Source of the DNA: Candidatus Bathyarchaeota archaeon
Lineage (GTDB): Archaea > Thermoproteota > Bathyarchaeia > Bathyarchaeales > Bathycorpusculaceae
Length of the DNA: 64,000 nt
Direction of reading: 5' to 3'
Assembly: GCA_963767735.1 (NCBI GenBank)
Contig: CAVYES010000007.1
Location: forward strand, 128,001-192,000
The position numbers were made by a program, and so were the translations under genes. The stretch's first letter is position 1. The number at the start of each line of letters is the position of its first letter. Below, piece after piece: positions 1 through 9,576 of the stretch. The notes beneath the pieces were generated by a model that ran no database searches, was not told where the DNA came from, and worked only from the letters and a program-made list of their open reading frames with translations.

Positions 1-182
1 CAACGAGGAGTCCCCGTCTTGCTATTGAAATAACATTCATCATTCGTTGAAATATGGCTAAAAGAAGCTACCATCTCTATAGGAAGTAAGAATTGTTTTA
101 AAAGGGAAGAGTAGGGAACTTTTATCTAATAGTCACATAAAAGAAGTATATCTACGCCTTTGAAAAGAGCGAGGGAACGAAA

Positions 183-1502
183 ATGGTAGAGGGCAAATAC
201 TGGAACGAAAAAATCGAAACCATGCCTGCTGAAGAACTGAAGGTATATCAGCTTAAAAAATTAAGGGAACAGGTAAAACTTTGCTACGAGAACAGCGCTT
301 TTTATAGGAAAAAATTTGACCGCGTTGGTTTGAAACCTGAAAACATACGCTCACTAAATGACCTTGAGAAAATTCCTTTCACGGTAAAGAATGATTTACG
401 CGATACATACCCATTTGGCATGGTTGCCGCTACATCTGACGAAATAGTGGAAATTCATGCTTCAAGTGGCACAACGGGAAACCCAATAATCGGCGCGTAT
501 ACAAAAAACGACATGGATGTTTGGCAAGAATTAATGGCAAGATCCATTTACACGGCGGGCGGAAGACGCCAAGATGTAATACACATTGCTTATGGTTATG
601 GTTTATTCAGTGGCGGATTTGGTTTTCATTATGGTGCTCAGAAGGTTGGAGCCAAAATTGTTCCGGCAAGCGGGGGAATGACGCAGCGTCAAATTAAGTT
701 CATGAAAGACTTGGGCGTTACTATTTTAGCTTGCACCCCAAGTTTCGCAGTTTATCTAGCGGAAACAATGGCTCATGAAGGTGTTGATCCAAGAAAAGAC
801 CTTAAACTTAAACTTGGTATGTTCGGAGCCGAACCATGGTCAGATAAAATTAGGGAAAGAATCGAGAAGGATATGGGAATTGAAGCTTTTGATGTTTATG
901 GGTTAACAGAGCTTTGTGGCCCCGGTGTTGCCGTAGAATGCTCGGAACATAAGGGGTTGCACGTTTGGGAAGACCATTTTATTGTGGAAACAATTGACCC
1001 TGACACAGGCGAAGTTTTGCCTGCTGGAGAAGAAGGCGAACTAGTCTTCACGACTCTCACTAAAACAGGCTTGCCCATGCTCCGATATAGAACACGGGAC
1101 ATCTCAAAAATTGAAACAGGAAAATGTGTGTGCGGGCGAACACACGCTAGAATGATGCGCGTTCATGGAAGGTCAGATGACATGCTGATTATTCGGGGGG
1201 TTAATGTATTTCCTTCACAGATAGAGTTTGCAGTAATGTGCTTCTCAGAGCTAGCAACTCAGTATCTAATAGTTGTTGACAGACCAGGTGCTTTAGATAC
1301 ATTTGTCGTTAAAGTTGAATTGTCAGAGAAGGCTGCCAAAGATCCACAGTTAGACAAAAATGTGTTAAAAAATGACATTCAAAAAAGAATTCACATCGTA
1401 ACTGGGATAACAGCCGATGTTGAAATCGTCAAGCCAGGCGAACTTCCAAGAACAGAAGGAAAAGCAAAAAGAGTTCTTGACCTGCGCACTGGCAAAATGT
1501 AA
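183..1502 (+). CDS. paaK: Phenylacetate--CoA ligase
   Basis: AMP-binding loop HASSGTTGNP, YGLTELCGPG, RYRTRD, GRSDDMLIIRGVNVFPSQIE; adjacent to iorAB. Confidence 0.93.
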   Translation: MVEGKYWNEKIETMPAEELKVYQLKKLREQVKLCYENSAFYRKKFDRVGLKPENIRSLNDLEKIPFTVKNDLRDTYPFGMVAATSDEIVEIHASSGTTGNPIIGAYTKNDMDVWQELMARSIYTAGGRRQDVIHIAYGYGLFSGGFGFHYGAQKVGAKIVPASGGMTQRQIKFMKDLGVTILACTPSFAVYLAETMAHEGVDPRKDLKLKLGMFGAEPWSDKIRERIEKDMGIEAFDVYGLTELCGPGVAVECSEHKGLHVWEDHFIVETIDPDTGEVLPAGEEGELVFTTLTKTGLPMLRYRTRDISKIETGKCVCGRTHARMMRVHGRSDDMLIIRGVNVFPSQIEFAVMCFSELATQYLIVVDRPGALDTFVVKVELSEKAAKDPQLDKNVLKNDIQKRIHIVTGITADVEIVKPGELPRTEGKAKRVLDLRTGKM

Positions 1503-1513
1503 AGGACTAAAAT

Positions 1514-3706
1514 ATGACCTTCAAAATTGCAGCGGATAAGCCCAGCACTTTTGCTTTGCTTAACGGCGACGAAGCAGTTGCACGAGGAGCAATTGAAGCC
1601 ACCGTTAAAGTTGCAACGTCGTACCCTGGGACGCCCGCGACTGAGATTTTGGAAACTCTTGCTGAAGTTTCAAAAGACCTAGGCATTTATGCGGAATGGA
1701 GTACAAACGAGATTGTAGCCACCGAAGTTGCTGCAGGCGCTTCGATGACGGGTGTCAGAGCCATCGTTTCAATGAAGCATGTTGGTTTGAACGTAGCTGC
1801 AGATGCAGCAATGACTTTGGCATACACCGGAATTGAAGGTGGGCTGGTAATTGCAGTCTGCGACGATCCATCATTACACAGCAGCCAAAACGAACAAGAC
1901 ACGAGATACTTTGCGGTCCATTCGAAGCTTCCGTTGCTGGACGCAGGCAACCCGCAAGAAGCTCTAGATATGTCCAAGGAGGCGTTCGAATTAAGTGAAA
2001 AATTGCATTTGCCAGTCATCTTACGTTTAACGACAAGGGTAGCCCACGGGAAGGCTCGAGTGAAACTCGGGCGCATGCATAATCTAAGTCGAAAGGCAGA
2101 TTTTGATAAGCAAAGTTCGAAATGGGTTATGGTGCCGTCAAATGCAATTCGACAACACAGAGTCTTAGAAGTAAAAATGGCAGAAGCAAAAATTCTCGTA
2201 AATCATTCAAAATTTAATCAGATTGAGGATAATGCGAGCGACATTGGAATTATAGGAAGCGGCGTGGCTTACTATTATGCTCGTTCGGTACTTGATACCA
2301 AAAAGTTTTCTTGGCTAAAATTAGGTTTCGTTTATCCATTTCCTCAAGAAATAGTTAGAAGATTCGCGCTTAAAGTAAAGAAAATCATAGTGATCGAGGA
2401 GTTAAGACCTTACCTTGAGGAAAATATGCAACGGTTAGGTCTACACGCACTTGGAAAGAATGAGTTAGGCTTAGAGGAAATTGGAGAGTTAACGCCTGAC
2501 AAGGTACGCCAAGCCTTCGCAAGTCTAAATTTAACTAATAAAGCTGAACCACCAGAGCTTTTGGATTTGCCGCCTAGACCGCCGGCACTTTGCCCGGGCT
2601 GCCCTCATAGAGCATTTTATTACGCGTTAAACATGGTTAATCAACATCTTGATTGTGATAAAGACAAATGCGTTGGCTGTGGTATTTGCGAATACGCCTG
2701 CTCTTTTGAGAAAGAGAAGATTTTCAATCCAATCAAATCGCGTATTCGTTCGGTTAGAATTGATCAAATACTCAATACTGCAGTAGCTTGCAAGGCATGC
2801 GTTAATGCGGTTTGCATTGATGCTTGTCCTGAAAAAGCCCTTATCAGATCAAAGGAAACTGGAGCTATTTTTGTTGATGAAAACAAATGCAAAGGTTGCC
2901 CTTGGTGCATACAAGCCTGCGAGTTTGGGGCCGTGACGATTCATCCGACCACTCATAAAGCCATAATGTGTGACAAATGTGGCGGTGAACCGAAATGCAT
3001 TCCTTTTTGTCCAGAGAGCGCTTTAAGCTTATCTGGCAATTCTAACGACAAAATTGTCACAGGCGATATAGGCTGTTACACTTTGGGTGTCTTGCCCCCT
3101 GAAAGTTCTGTTCAAACATGCTTGTGCATGGGCGCTGGCATATCTCAGGCTGCAGGCATGTTTCATGCTGGTGTTAAAGAAAAAGTGTTCTCAGTTATTG
3201 GCGATTCAACATTTTTCCACGCTGGAATGCCTGGGCTGGTGAATATTGTGTACAATAAAGCTAATGTTTGCGTAATTATCATGGATAACAGTACAGTAGC
3301 AATGACTGGGCATCAGCCAACTCCTGGTTCAGGCAAAACAGCGATGGGTTCTGACACTAAGGTTTTGAGAATCAAGGATGTTGCTGAAGGACTTGGAATA
3401 GATAAAGTGGAAGTCGTTGACCCGTATGACATTGAAGCAACAACTCAGACCATAAGGAAAATTTTGGATTACAATGGTCCATCCGTTATAATTTCTCAGA
3501 GGGCATGTCCGCTTTTGGTTGAAAGAGGCAAAGCCCCGGAAGTTTTGGAGAAATGTGATGCTTGCGGCGTGTGCGTGAAAGCTTTCGGTTGCCCAGCGAT
3601 TACTTTATCAGGCAATCGGGCGGAAATAGATGCGACTCTATGCTACGGGTGCAACGTCTGCGAGGTTGTCTGTCCCTCTGGCGCCATTAGGAGAAAAGAG
3701 AAATGA
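1514..3706 (+). CDS. iorA: Indolepyruvate:ferredoxin oxidoreductase alpha subunit with an internal extra 4x[4Fe-4S] domain
   Basis: YPGTP, MKHVGLNVAAD, SSQNEQDTR, RPPALCPGCPHR, GDIGCY, GDSTFFHAG TPP motif, C-terminal ferredoxin. Confidence 0.93.
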   Translation: MTFKIAADKPSTFALLNGDEAVARGAIEATVKVATSYPGTPATEILETLAEVSKDLGIYAEWSTNEIVATEVAAGASMTGVRAIVSMKHVGLNVAADAAMTLAYTGIEGGLVIAVCDDPSLHSSQNEQDTRYFAVHSKLPLLDAGNPQEALDMSKEAFELSEKLHLPVILRLTTRVAHGKARVKLGRMHNLSRKADFDKQSSKWVMVPSNAIRQHRVLEVKMAEAKILVNHSKFNQIEDNASDIGIIGSGVAYYYARSVLDTKKFSWLKLGFVYPFPQEIVRRFALKVKKIIVIEELRPYLEENMQRLGLHALGKNELGLEEIGELTPDKVRQAFASLNLTNKAEPPELLDLPPRPPALCPGCPHRAFYYALNMVNQHLDCDKDKCVGCGICEYACSFEKEKIFNPIKSRIRSVRIDQILNTAVACKACVNAVCIDACPEKALIRSKETGAIFVDENKCKGCPWCIQACEFGAVTIHPTTHKAIMCDKCGGEPKCIPFCPESALSLSGNSNDKIVTGDIGCYTLGVLPPESSVQTCLCMGAGISQAAGMFHAGVKEKVFSVIGDSTFFHAGMPGLVNIVYNKANVCVIIMDNSTVAMTGHQPTPGSGKTAMGSDTKVLRIKDVAEGLGIDKVEVVDPYDIEATTQTIRKILDYNGPSVIISQRACPLLVERGKAPEVLEKCDACGVCVKAFGCPAITLSGNRAEIDATLCYGCNVCEVVCPSGAIRRKEK

Positions 3707-4287
3707 AGTTAGACACGGTTTTCAGCGGCGTTGGGGGGCAGGGAATTGTGGTTTTAAGCGACATTTACTGTGAGGCGGCCATGTTAGACGGTTTTGATGT
3801 GGCTAAGGCGGAGGTTCATGGAATGGCTCAGCGAGGAGGCTCTATTGTTGCTTATGCAAGAATCGGCGATAAAGTTGAATCTCCGCTGATTGAAACTGGG
3901 AAAGCGGATGTGCTTGTTGGTTTTGAGATTCTTGAAACAGCGAGGGCGTTGCCAATGCTGAAGAAGAATGGTAGCGTGGTTGTTAACTTGAAGTACATTC
4001 AGCCAAGTTGCTTGGGTTCAGCTAAGCCAAAAAAAACCGAAGAATTAATTGGATTCTTGAAGGCAAAAGGCAAGGTTCATGAAGTGGACGGGGCAGAATT
4101 AGCCGAAAAGCTTGGAAACCCAATGGTCGTCAACACTATTCTTCTGGGGGCTTTATCTGCTCTTCCAGAAAATCCAGTTAAGAAGGAAACCTTCCAGCAG
4201 GCTATAGCTGGCAGATTAAAGGAGAAATACATTGACGTGAACCTTAAGGCTTTCCAGTTAGGTAGAGAAAGCGTTTTAAAGAGTTAG
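3703..4287 (+). CDS. iorB: Indolepyruvate:ferredoxin oxidoreductase beta subunit
   Basis: GVGGQG, EVHGMAQRGGS motifs; ATGA overlap with iorA stop. Confidence 0.93.
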   Translation: MKLDTVFSGVGGQGIVVLSDIYCEAAMLDGFDVAKAEVHGMAQRGGSIVAYARIGDKVESPLIETGKADVLVGFEILETARALPMLKKNGSVVVNLKYIQPSCLGSAKPKKTEELIGFLKAKGKVHEVDGAELAEKLGNPMVVNTILLGALSALPENPVKKETFQQAIAGRLKEKYIDVNLKAFQLGRESVLKS

Positions 4288-4344
4288 TTTTATTTAGCTT
4301 TCCGCTTGATTATAAGAACAATTTAGAATTAGGATGCAAGTTAC

Positions 4345-4707
4345 ATGAAAGGAAAGGACCATTTTGCAGAAGATTTAGGCATTCATCTTATTGAAGCAAG
4401 AGATGGCTATGCAAAAGTATCGATGAAGGTTGTGGAGAAGCATTTGAACGCCCTGGATTTTACGCATGGAGGGGCACTTTTTTCGCTTGCAGATTACGCG
4501 TTTGCGCATGCATGCAATTTTGGTGAAAACGTCGCCGTCGCAGTTCAGGCAAACATAAACTATCTTAGACCTTCAGTTAAAGGTGACTATTTGACGGCTG
4601 AAGCTGAGAGGATTTCCGACGGAAAAACCATGGGTTTATACCATGTAACAGTTAAAAACAATGAGAAGACCGTGGCGTTCTTTTCCGGACTAGCCTTCAA
4701 AAAGTAA
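4345..4707 (+). CDS. paaI: PaaI-family hot-dog thioesterase
   Basis: HLN...HGGALFSLAD motif; paaK/ior context. Confidence 0.85.
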   Translation: MKGKDHFAEDLGIHLIEARDGYAKVSMKVVEKHLNALDFTHGGALFSLADYAFAHACNFGENVAVAVQANINYLRPSVKGDYLTAEAERISDGKTMGLYHVTVKNNEKTVAFFSGLAFKK

Positions 4708-4813
4708 ATATTATTGAATTTCTTGATTTCTACAAACCATGTTTGTGTCCCAAAACTTTTTCAGCATCATATTTTTTAAGAAGACCCTACAAAGTGTTTC
4801 TAGGTGGGTTATT

Positions 4814-5096
4814 TTGGTAAAACCTCAAAAATATTTAGCTATGATTAAGATAAGCCCAAATATGGCTGCTAAACTAGTATGAGCCGTTGATGGAATTTAG
4901 CGAAAGCCCAATTAAAGGAGTAACGCTTGAAGAAGCCTTTCAAGTGTTTGGTGAATGGGATTATGCTCTACTTTTTCAGGCAGACACGAACGAGAATGCT
5001 TTGCATTTTGTCGGAGACAAGATTCGCTTGGTAGAAGGGGTTGTGCAGACTCTCACTATTCCCATGACACCAATTAAGGAATATCGCAAACGCTAA
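4814..5096 (+). CDS. Lrp/AsnC ligand-binding (GYD-like) small protein, apparent frameshift near 4875
   Basis: C-terminal part has VFGEWD motif; upstream TTG-started frame (MVKPQKYLAMIKISPN...) after AGGTG SD is offset by one base. Confidence 0.55.
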
Positions 5097-5306
5097 AACT
5101 GCCTTACATCATTGCAAGTCAAGAAAACGACGCCATAAAAAACAGCACTATCTTAAAATTCCTAATCGAAAAACAGTGGGAAACCAAACAGCATTTATTA
5201 TTACATACTTGGCGGGCAAGAAGGGCTAATATTCTGGCTGTTTGAATAAGAAGCTGGCGGCGAACCAACAATATTTTTATGTTGGACTCAATCCTAGAGG
5301 TGAGAT

Positions 5307-5382
5307 GCTGGGGTGGCCGAATGGTTCAGGCGACAGCCTGCAGAGCTGTTATATATGGGTTCAATTCCCATCCCCAGCTCCA
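5307..5382 (+). tRNA. tRNA-Cys (GCA), CCA encoded
   Basis: Acceptor GCTGGGG/CCCCAGC, anticodon arm ACAGC-CTGCAGA-GCTGT, T arm ATGGG-TTCAATT-CCCAT. Confidence 0.96.
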
Positions 5383-5420
5383 TAGTTCGAGTCTCAGTTC
5401 CGCAAGTCTCTATTTCTCTT

Positions 5421-5630
5421 ATGGGTACAATTACGAACCCAAAGAGAATAGACATATACGGAATTGATAAAATCTTTGAACAAGCCCTTAAACGGCTAAA
5501 AACAAAAACTGACATAACGGAAGAAGACAGGAAAAGCATCCTCGAGTTTGTCGACCATCTTTTGGCCAAACGCTTTACATTTTCGAAGAGATACACAATC
5601 TGCAGGTGGATAGTCCTTTTATCCCAATAA
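5421..5630 (+). pseudogene. N-terminal remnant of an archaeal tyrosine integrase
   Basis: DIYG..FEQALKRL....ITEEDRKSILEFVDHLLA resembles archaeal integrase N-termini; directly after tRNA; no catalytic domain follows. Confidence 0.55.
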
Positions 5631-5728
5631 ATTCTAAAGCAGAATAACTATTCTCCAAACGGCGCATACCTATTTGCAAAAAAATGAATGCAAGGACTCG
5701 GTAATCCTTGGGCGTACAAAGGTAAGCA

Positions 5729-6169
5729 TCACAAGTAACACTCGGCTAACTCGTTGCCGCTTAACTCAATATAGGCCTGATTTGTTCTTATCTCAACATG
5801 TGGTTTAGTATAGTCCACCGACTCAGGTCCACCGCCAGGTTTACCTATGTAACTAAATTGATACTCCATACCGTTTCGTCTGCACCTCATTATTGCTCCA
5901 TACCATAACCGCTCTATGTCAACCAAGCTGTAGCCTCGATCTTCCACCAGGATGCCTTCGCAAACATACAACTCAACGTCATCTCTGCCATCGACACACC
6001 CGTAATTATGCAACCATATTTGAAAGGAAACTATTTCTTTTAACTCTTCATCTGTTTTGCCTTCATACAATTTTCTGGCACGAAGCGAATTACGCACAAC
6101 TAAACCCTTCGCCTCCTCTATCATTTCTTCGGTTATCGGTATTTTTACAAAGTCTTCTTCTTTGACCAT
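5729..6169 (-). CDS. Hypothetical protein
   Basis: 146-aa ORF, ATG after GAGG SD, protein-like composition. Confidence 0.6.
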   Translation of the reverse strand: MVKEEDFVKIPITEEMIEEAKGLVVRNSLRARKLYEGKTDEELKEIVSFQIWLHNYGCVDGRDDVELYVCEGILVEDRGYSLVDIERLWYGAIMRCRRNGMEYQFSYIGKPGGGPESVDYTKPHVEIRTNQAYIELSGNELAECYL

Positions 6170-6397
6170 TTCTTATGCCTCAATAGAATAATATACGCCA
6201 AAGCAAAGAGTAACGGATTGACGCTTGAAAACAAAACAGAAATGCAGAAAGCTCAGACGCTACTCGTCAACAAACTAAACAGCAGGTCAGACAAACAAGG
6301 AATAATTAACGTTAAGCATTTCAAAGGCTTATTCGAAGTTATCTCATGCCTTCTGGAAAAGAGCAGGATAGAGACCAATATATAAGGTGGAAAAAAG

Positions 6398-7786
6398 TTA
6401 AAGCACTGAGTTCTTTTTTCCATATACTCTGAGATTAGGATATACTTTTTCATAAGCTAAACTTAGTTCATAATCTAATGGTTTAGAGGGATTACTTCCG
6501 TCAACTTTTAACCCAAAAAGGTAACCAATCCACTCATGAAGCATTCCCGATTCCTTAAGTTTACGTTTAAGTCTTTTTCGTAACGATTTTGGAACGGTTT
6601 TTCCTTTCTCATAAAATCCAACTTTCTGACAGCAATGCTGGAATTCCAAGTTAAAATTGCTCCGTCTTTTGTAAGACCAAGGGTGGTCTTGACCAGAAAA
6701 GTTATTCTTTTTAAAATATTCTTCCAGTAAATCTTTTGCATCTGAACCGATAAAAGTTGTATAGCCGTAGTTATTATTGACTTCCTGTCGAATTTGAACT
6801 TGATAAAAATCCTTGGTCTCATCCCATTCTCCCATGTGGAAATCATCAACAGTTAGCAATGAAAGCTTTGCGAGTTTAAGACCCATGTAACTATTTGCCA
6901 GAAGCCAACTTTTGGTGCGTAAAGGGGCTTTTTCAATCATCTTTCTAAGTTGCTCTGTGGAAATTTCTTTAACTGTACTATGTGGTTTGTATTTAGGACA
7001 AGGCAAAGTGATTTCAATTTTGTGAAAGTCGTAAAAATTCTTCATTATCGTATGATAAGAATAAGGAAAACTTACCGACTTTTCGAACCTTTTTAAATCT
7101 TCATCAGGTGAAACATACCCATTATTAGCATACTCAACTAATTCATCGGGATTCATGCCCAAAAATCTGCAATACCTTCTCATATGCGTAAGTAACTGTT
7201 GCCTATAATCCTCTGAAATTTCACCACCGTGTTCAACCTCAACATTTTTTATCCAATTCTTAATTGCCTTATAGCTCTCCTGAAGAGGCTCATTCAATTC
7301 TGCTTCGTAATTTGGTGTAAAAGTCTTTTCTTTTGTGAGTTTTACCCATGTAACTCTTAATTGTAACGGTAGCTCGTAAACCATAGTCAGCCCCTGAAAA
7401 TTGTCTTTTGCAAATCTATCCATAAACTTGCAAAGCCATTGCATATATTGTTGAGAAGTGAGTGAATCAGTGATTATCCCCTGATGTTGTGAAAAATTTC
7501 TCGCTTCATGGACTTTTCCAAGGTATCTCTTTTCATCTTCAAAAAAACTAATTCTTTTGTCTTGAATCCCACTCCAAAAATTCAATTCATTTTGCTTATC
7601 CATGAATTCTTTTGGGTCAAATTGGTAAATCTTAGCTTTCAAAATATATTCAACTGAATTATCCATGAGTATGATTGCTCCAAATCTACGCCTCTCTTGC
7701 TCTTTCGGGTCATCTTTTTGGTAGAGTTCAAGAGCGTTAATCAAACTATAAATCGACATTCCCAAAAGAGGATTCGTGTAACTCAT
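6398..7786 (-). CDS. HEPN-like domain fused to a catalytically degenerate tyrosine recombinase
   Basis: N-term ILMDNSVEYILK and RNFSQH (Rx4H); C-term GLKLAKL, PKSLRK, YLFGLK align to integrase boxes with catalytic residues replaced. Confidence 0.7.
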   Translation of the reverse strand: MSYTNPLLGMSIYSLINALELYQKDDPKEQERRRFGAIILMDNSVEYILKAKIYQFDPKEFMDKQNELNFWSGIQDKRISFFEDEKRYLGKVHEARNFSQHQGIITDSLTSQQYMQWLCKFMDRFAKDNFQGLTMVYELPLQLRVTWVKLTKEKTFTPNYEAELNEPLQESYKAIKNWIKNVEVEHGGEISEDYRQQLLTHMRRYCRFLGMNPDELVEYANNGYVSPDEDLKRFEKSVSFPYSYHTIMKNFYDFHKIEITLPCPKYKPHSTVKEISTEQLRKMIEKAPLRTKSWLLANSYMGLKLAKLSLLTVDDFHMGEWDETKDFYQVQIRQEVNNNYGYTTFIGSDAKDLLEEYFKKNNFSGQDHPWSYKRRSNFNLEFQHCCQKVGFYEKGKTVPKSLRKRLKRKLKESGMLHEWIGYLFGLKVDGSNPSKPLDYELSLAYEKVYPNLRVYGKKNSVL

Positions 7787-7908
7787 GGGGCTTACCGATT
7801 CCTTCCTTATCTCACCTTTACATATATTATTATTTTCATTAGGTCAGTGACTTACGCTTGAAAGTAAGCGATCCCCACTTTGCAAGCACACACTTTGTTA
7901 CGAAATAA

Positions 7909-8035
7909 CGTTCGATGCTCAATTTTATAAGTCAGTTTCCCAACTGGAGGATTCAAGGTAATGAGCATGCAAGCCACTCCTTTGAAGCCTAAGCGGGGTA
8001 GGGAATCGCACCTCAACTCAAGAGCCCATCCCCAG
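7909..8035 (+). repeat. att-proximal ~125-bp repeat, copy 1, ending in CCCATCCCCAG
   Basis: Aligns with 12858-12985; the last 36 bp (AGGGAATCGCACCTCAACTCAAGAGCCCATCCCCAG) are identical. Confidence 0.9.
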
Positions 8036-8206
8036 TATAATTACTGAGATGGATGTTTAGGGTTCGGTTCCCCAACCGTTTGAGGTAAGTGAAGCTACCA
8101 CTGGTTTTTACTTGAATGCACACGGTTCGCATCCGAAACAGAAACCAATAAAACTTTGCTCTTTTTAGCTTATTTTTTGTTAACGCCAAAAACTGAATAA
8201 CTGGAT

Positions 8207-8389
8207 ATGACACAATACTTAATATACCATATGATTACTTATTCTACGGTATGGGGAATCTTGGCGACTGAATGCCCTTACTGTCACATGGATGTTCCAA
8301 AATCTCACACTAAATTACAAAACAGCTTTTTCGCAATCGAAGTCTATAATTGTAATAAATGCAATACCAGATTCACTGTAACAAAATAA
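8207..8389 (+). CDS. Small zinc-ribbon protein (true start probably TTG at 8261)
   Basis: CPYC...CNKC pairs. Confidence 0.55.
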   Translation: MTQYLIYHMITYSTVWGILATECPYCHMDVPKSHTKLQNSFFAIEVYNCNKCNTRFTVTK

Positions 8390-8531
8390 GTTGACATTTT
8401 GAAAACGGTAATTAATTTCTTTCACATTTGACACAAATATGATTAAGCAGATTTAACCAAAGCGCCAATACTGAAAAGCGCCAAAAAATCGCGGGAACGC
8501 CTTTTCAGATTCTAGCAATAAGACCAAGAAA

Positions 8532-9107
8532 CTATGCACTTGGTTTTGGAAAGTCCTGTCTCAGATACGGACAATACTTGTCTTCCAAGCGGTCATAATA
8601 CCCTACTTCCATCCCAGAAGTGCTAAGCAGCCCATATTCAGTGCAACCAAGCATCCATGATGCGACGTGTGATAGTTCAGCTCTCTCGTTTGAAGAAAAG
8701 TAGTCATACTCAATTAATTGAACAACGATAGCGCTCAGGTTTTTGAGAACATCAATGAACTGGTTAAATTTGGTTTGTCCATACTCCGCAATTCTCTTTT
8801 CAGGCAGCCAAGCAACATACTACGCAAGACTGCTTCCTGCAGATGGGTCAATGGCATACTTGTCTTCGGATAGTAATGTGCCCAGTTTTGAGGCTAATTT
8901 GCTTTTGACGGCCTCTTTAAATTTAGGGTCAACCATAGCTCTGAAACTGAAAACAACCTCCCCCTCAACTCTATCTCTGACCAAAAAATGGAGACTTTGC
9001 ACACCTTTTAATGCATCAGCAAACCTGTAAACTTCAACAAGAACCTTTTTCACCAAGCCAGGATTGCATTTGAAAACTGCCACACACCATTCATTCGACG
9101 TTGTCAT
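8532..9107 (-). pseudogene. ~190-aa hypothetical protein interrupted by one in-frame TAG (8820-8822)
   Basis: Frame stays open for 95 more sense codons after the TAG (YVAWLPEKRIAEYGQ...RQDFPKPSA). Confidence 0.7.
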
Positions 9108-9236
9108 TTAACATCGATAAGCGTTTCACAAGATTATACTTAAGAATATTGCTTCAATGAAAAAGGTGGATCTTATCGAATTTTAATAAAAGATGGGTGT
9201 ATTTGTCTTCGTTGGTCGAGTCCCAGAGGCAGTTTC

Positions 9237-9557
9237 TCATTTAATTTGTCGAGTCATTTTTTGAGTGATATCTGAACTAGCACTGCCTTGGTTGAACCGC
9301 ATTAAGCGCATGTTCTTTCCGTCAAGCTCTACATAAGTATTATACGTTTCTTCGTCGTTGACCCACGATCCCGTGTTCACCAAGTTTTGAGTCGGGCTAA
9401 CAAATGGTCTATGAGTATGACCGAAAACAAGCAGTTGCCCCTTTTGAACACTTTGGGCTGCTTTTTTCTCGACCTCGCCAAAAGTCGCGCCAGAAGTGGT
9501 TGATAGCCGATCCTTTGAACTGTCAGTAACCGTTACAGTGATTGAGAAAGTACCCAC
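9237..9557 (-). pseudogene. C-terminal remnant of a metallophosphoesterase, 5' part lost at the IS
   Basis: VFGHTHRP and VNTGSWV motifs; abuts IS left end. Confidence 0.7.
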
Positions 9558-9576
9558 GTAAAGAAAAACATAAGGC

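Noticed and set aside
5313-5630. ORF reading through tRNA-Cys into the integrase remnant, suggesting an SSV-type split integrase
   Set aside because: The remnant looks like an integrase N-terminus with its own ATG at 5421, and no matching fragment is evident at the att copies; the read-through is probably chance.
8820-8822. Genome-wide TAG recoding
   Set aside because: TAG ends conserved genes at the expected place (iorB, radical SAM, HD protein).
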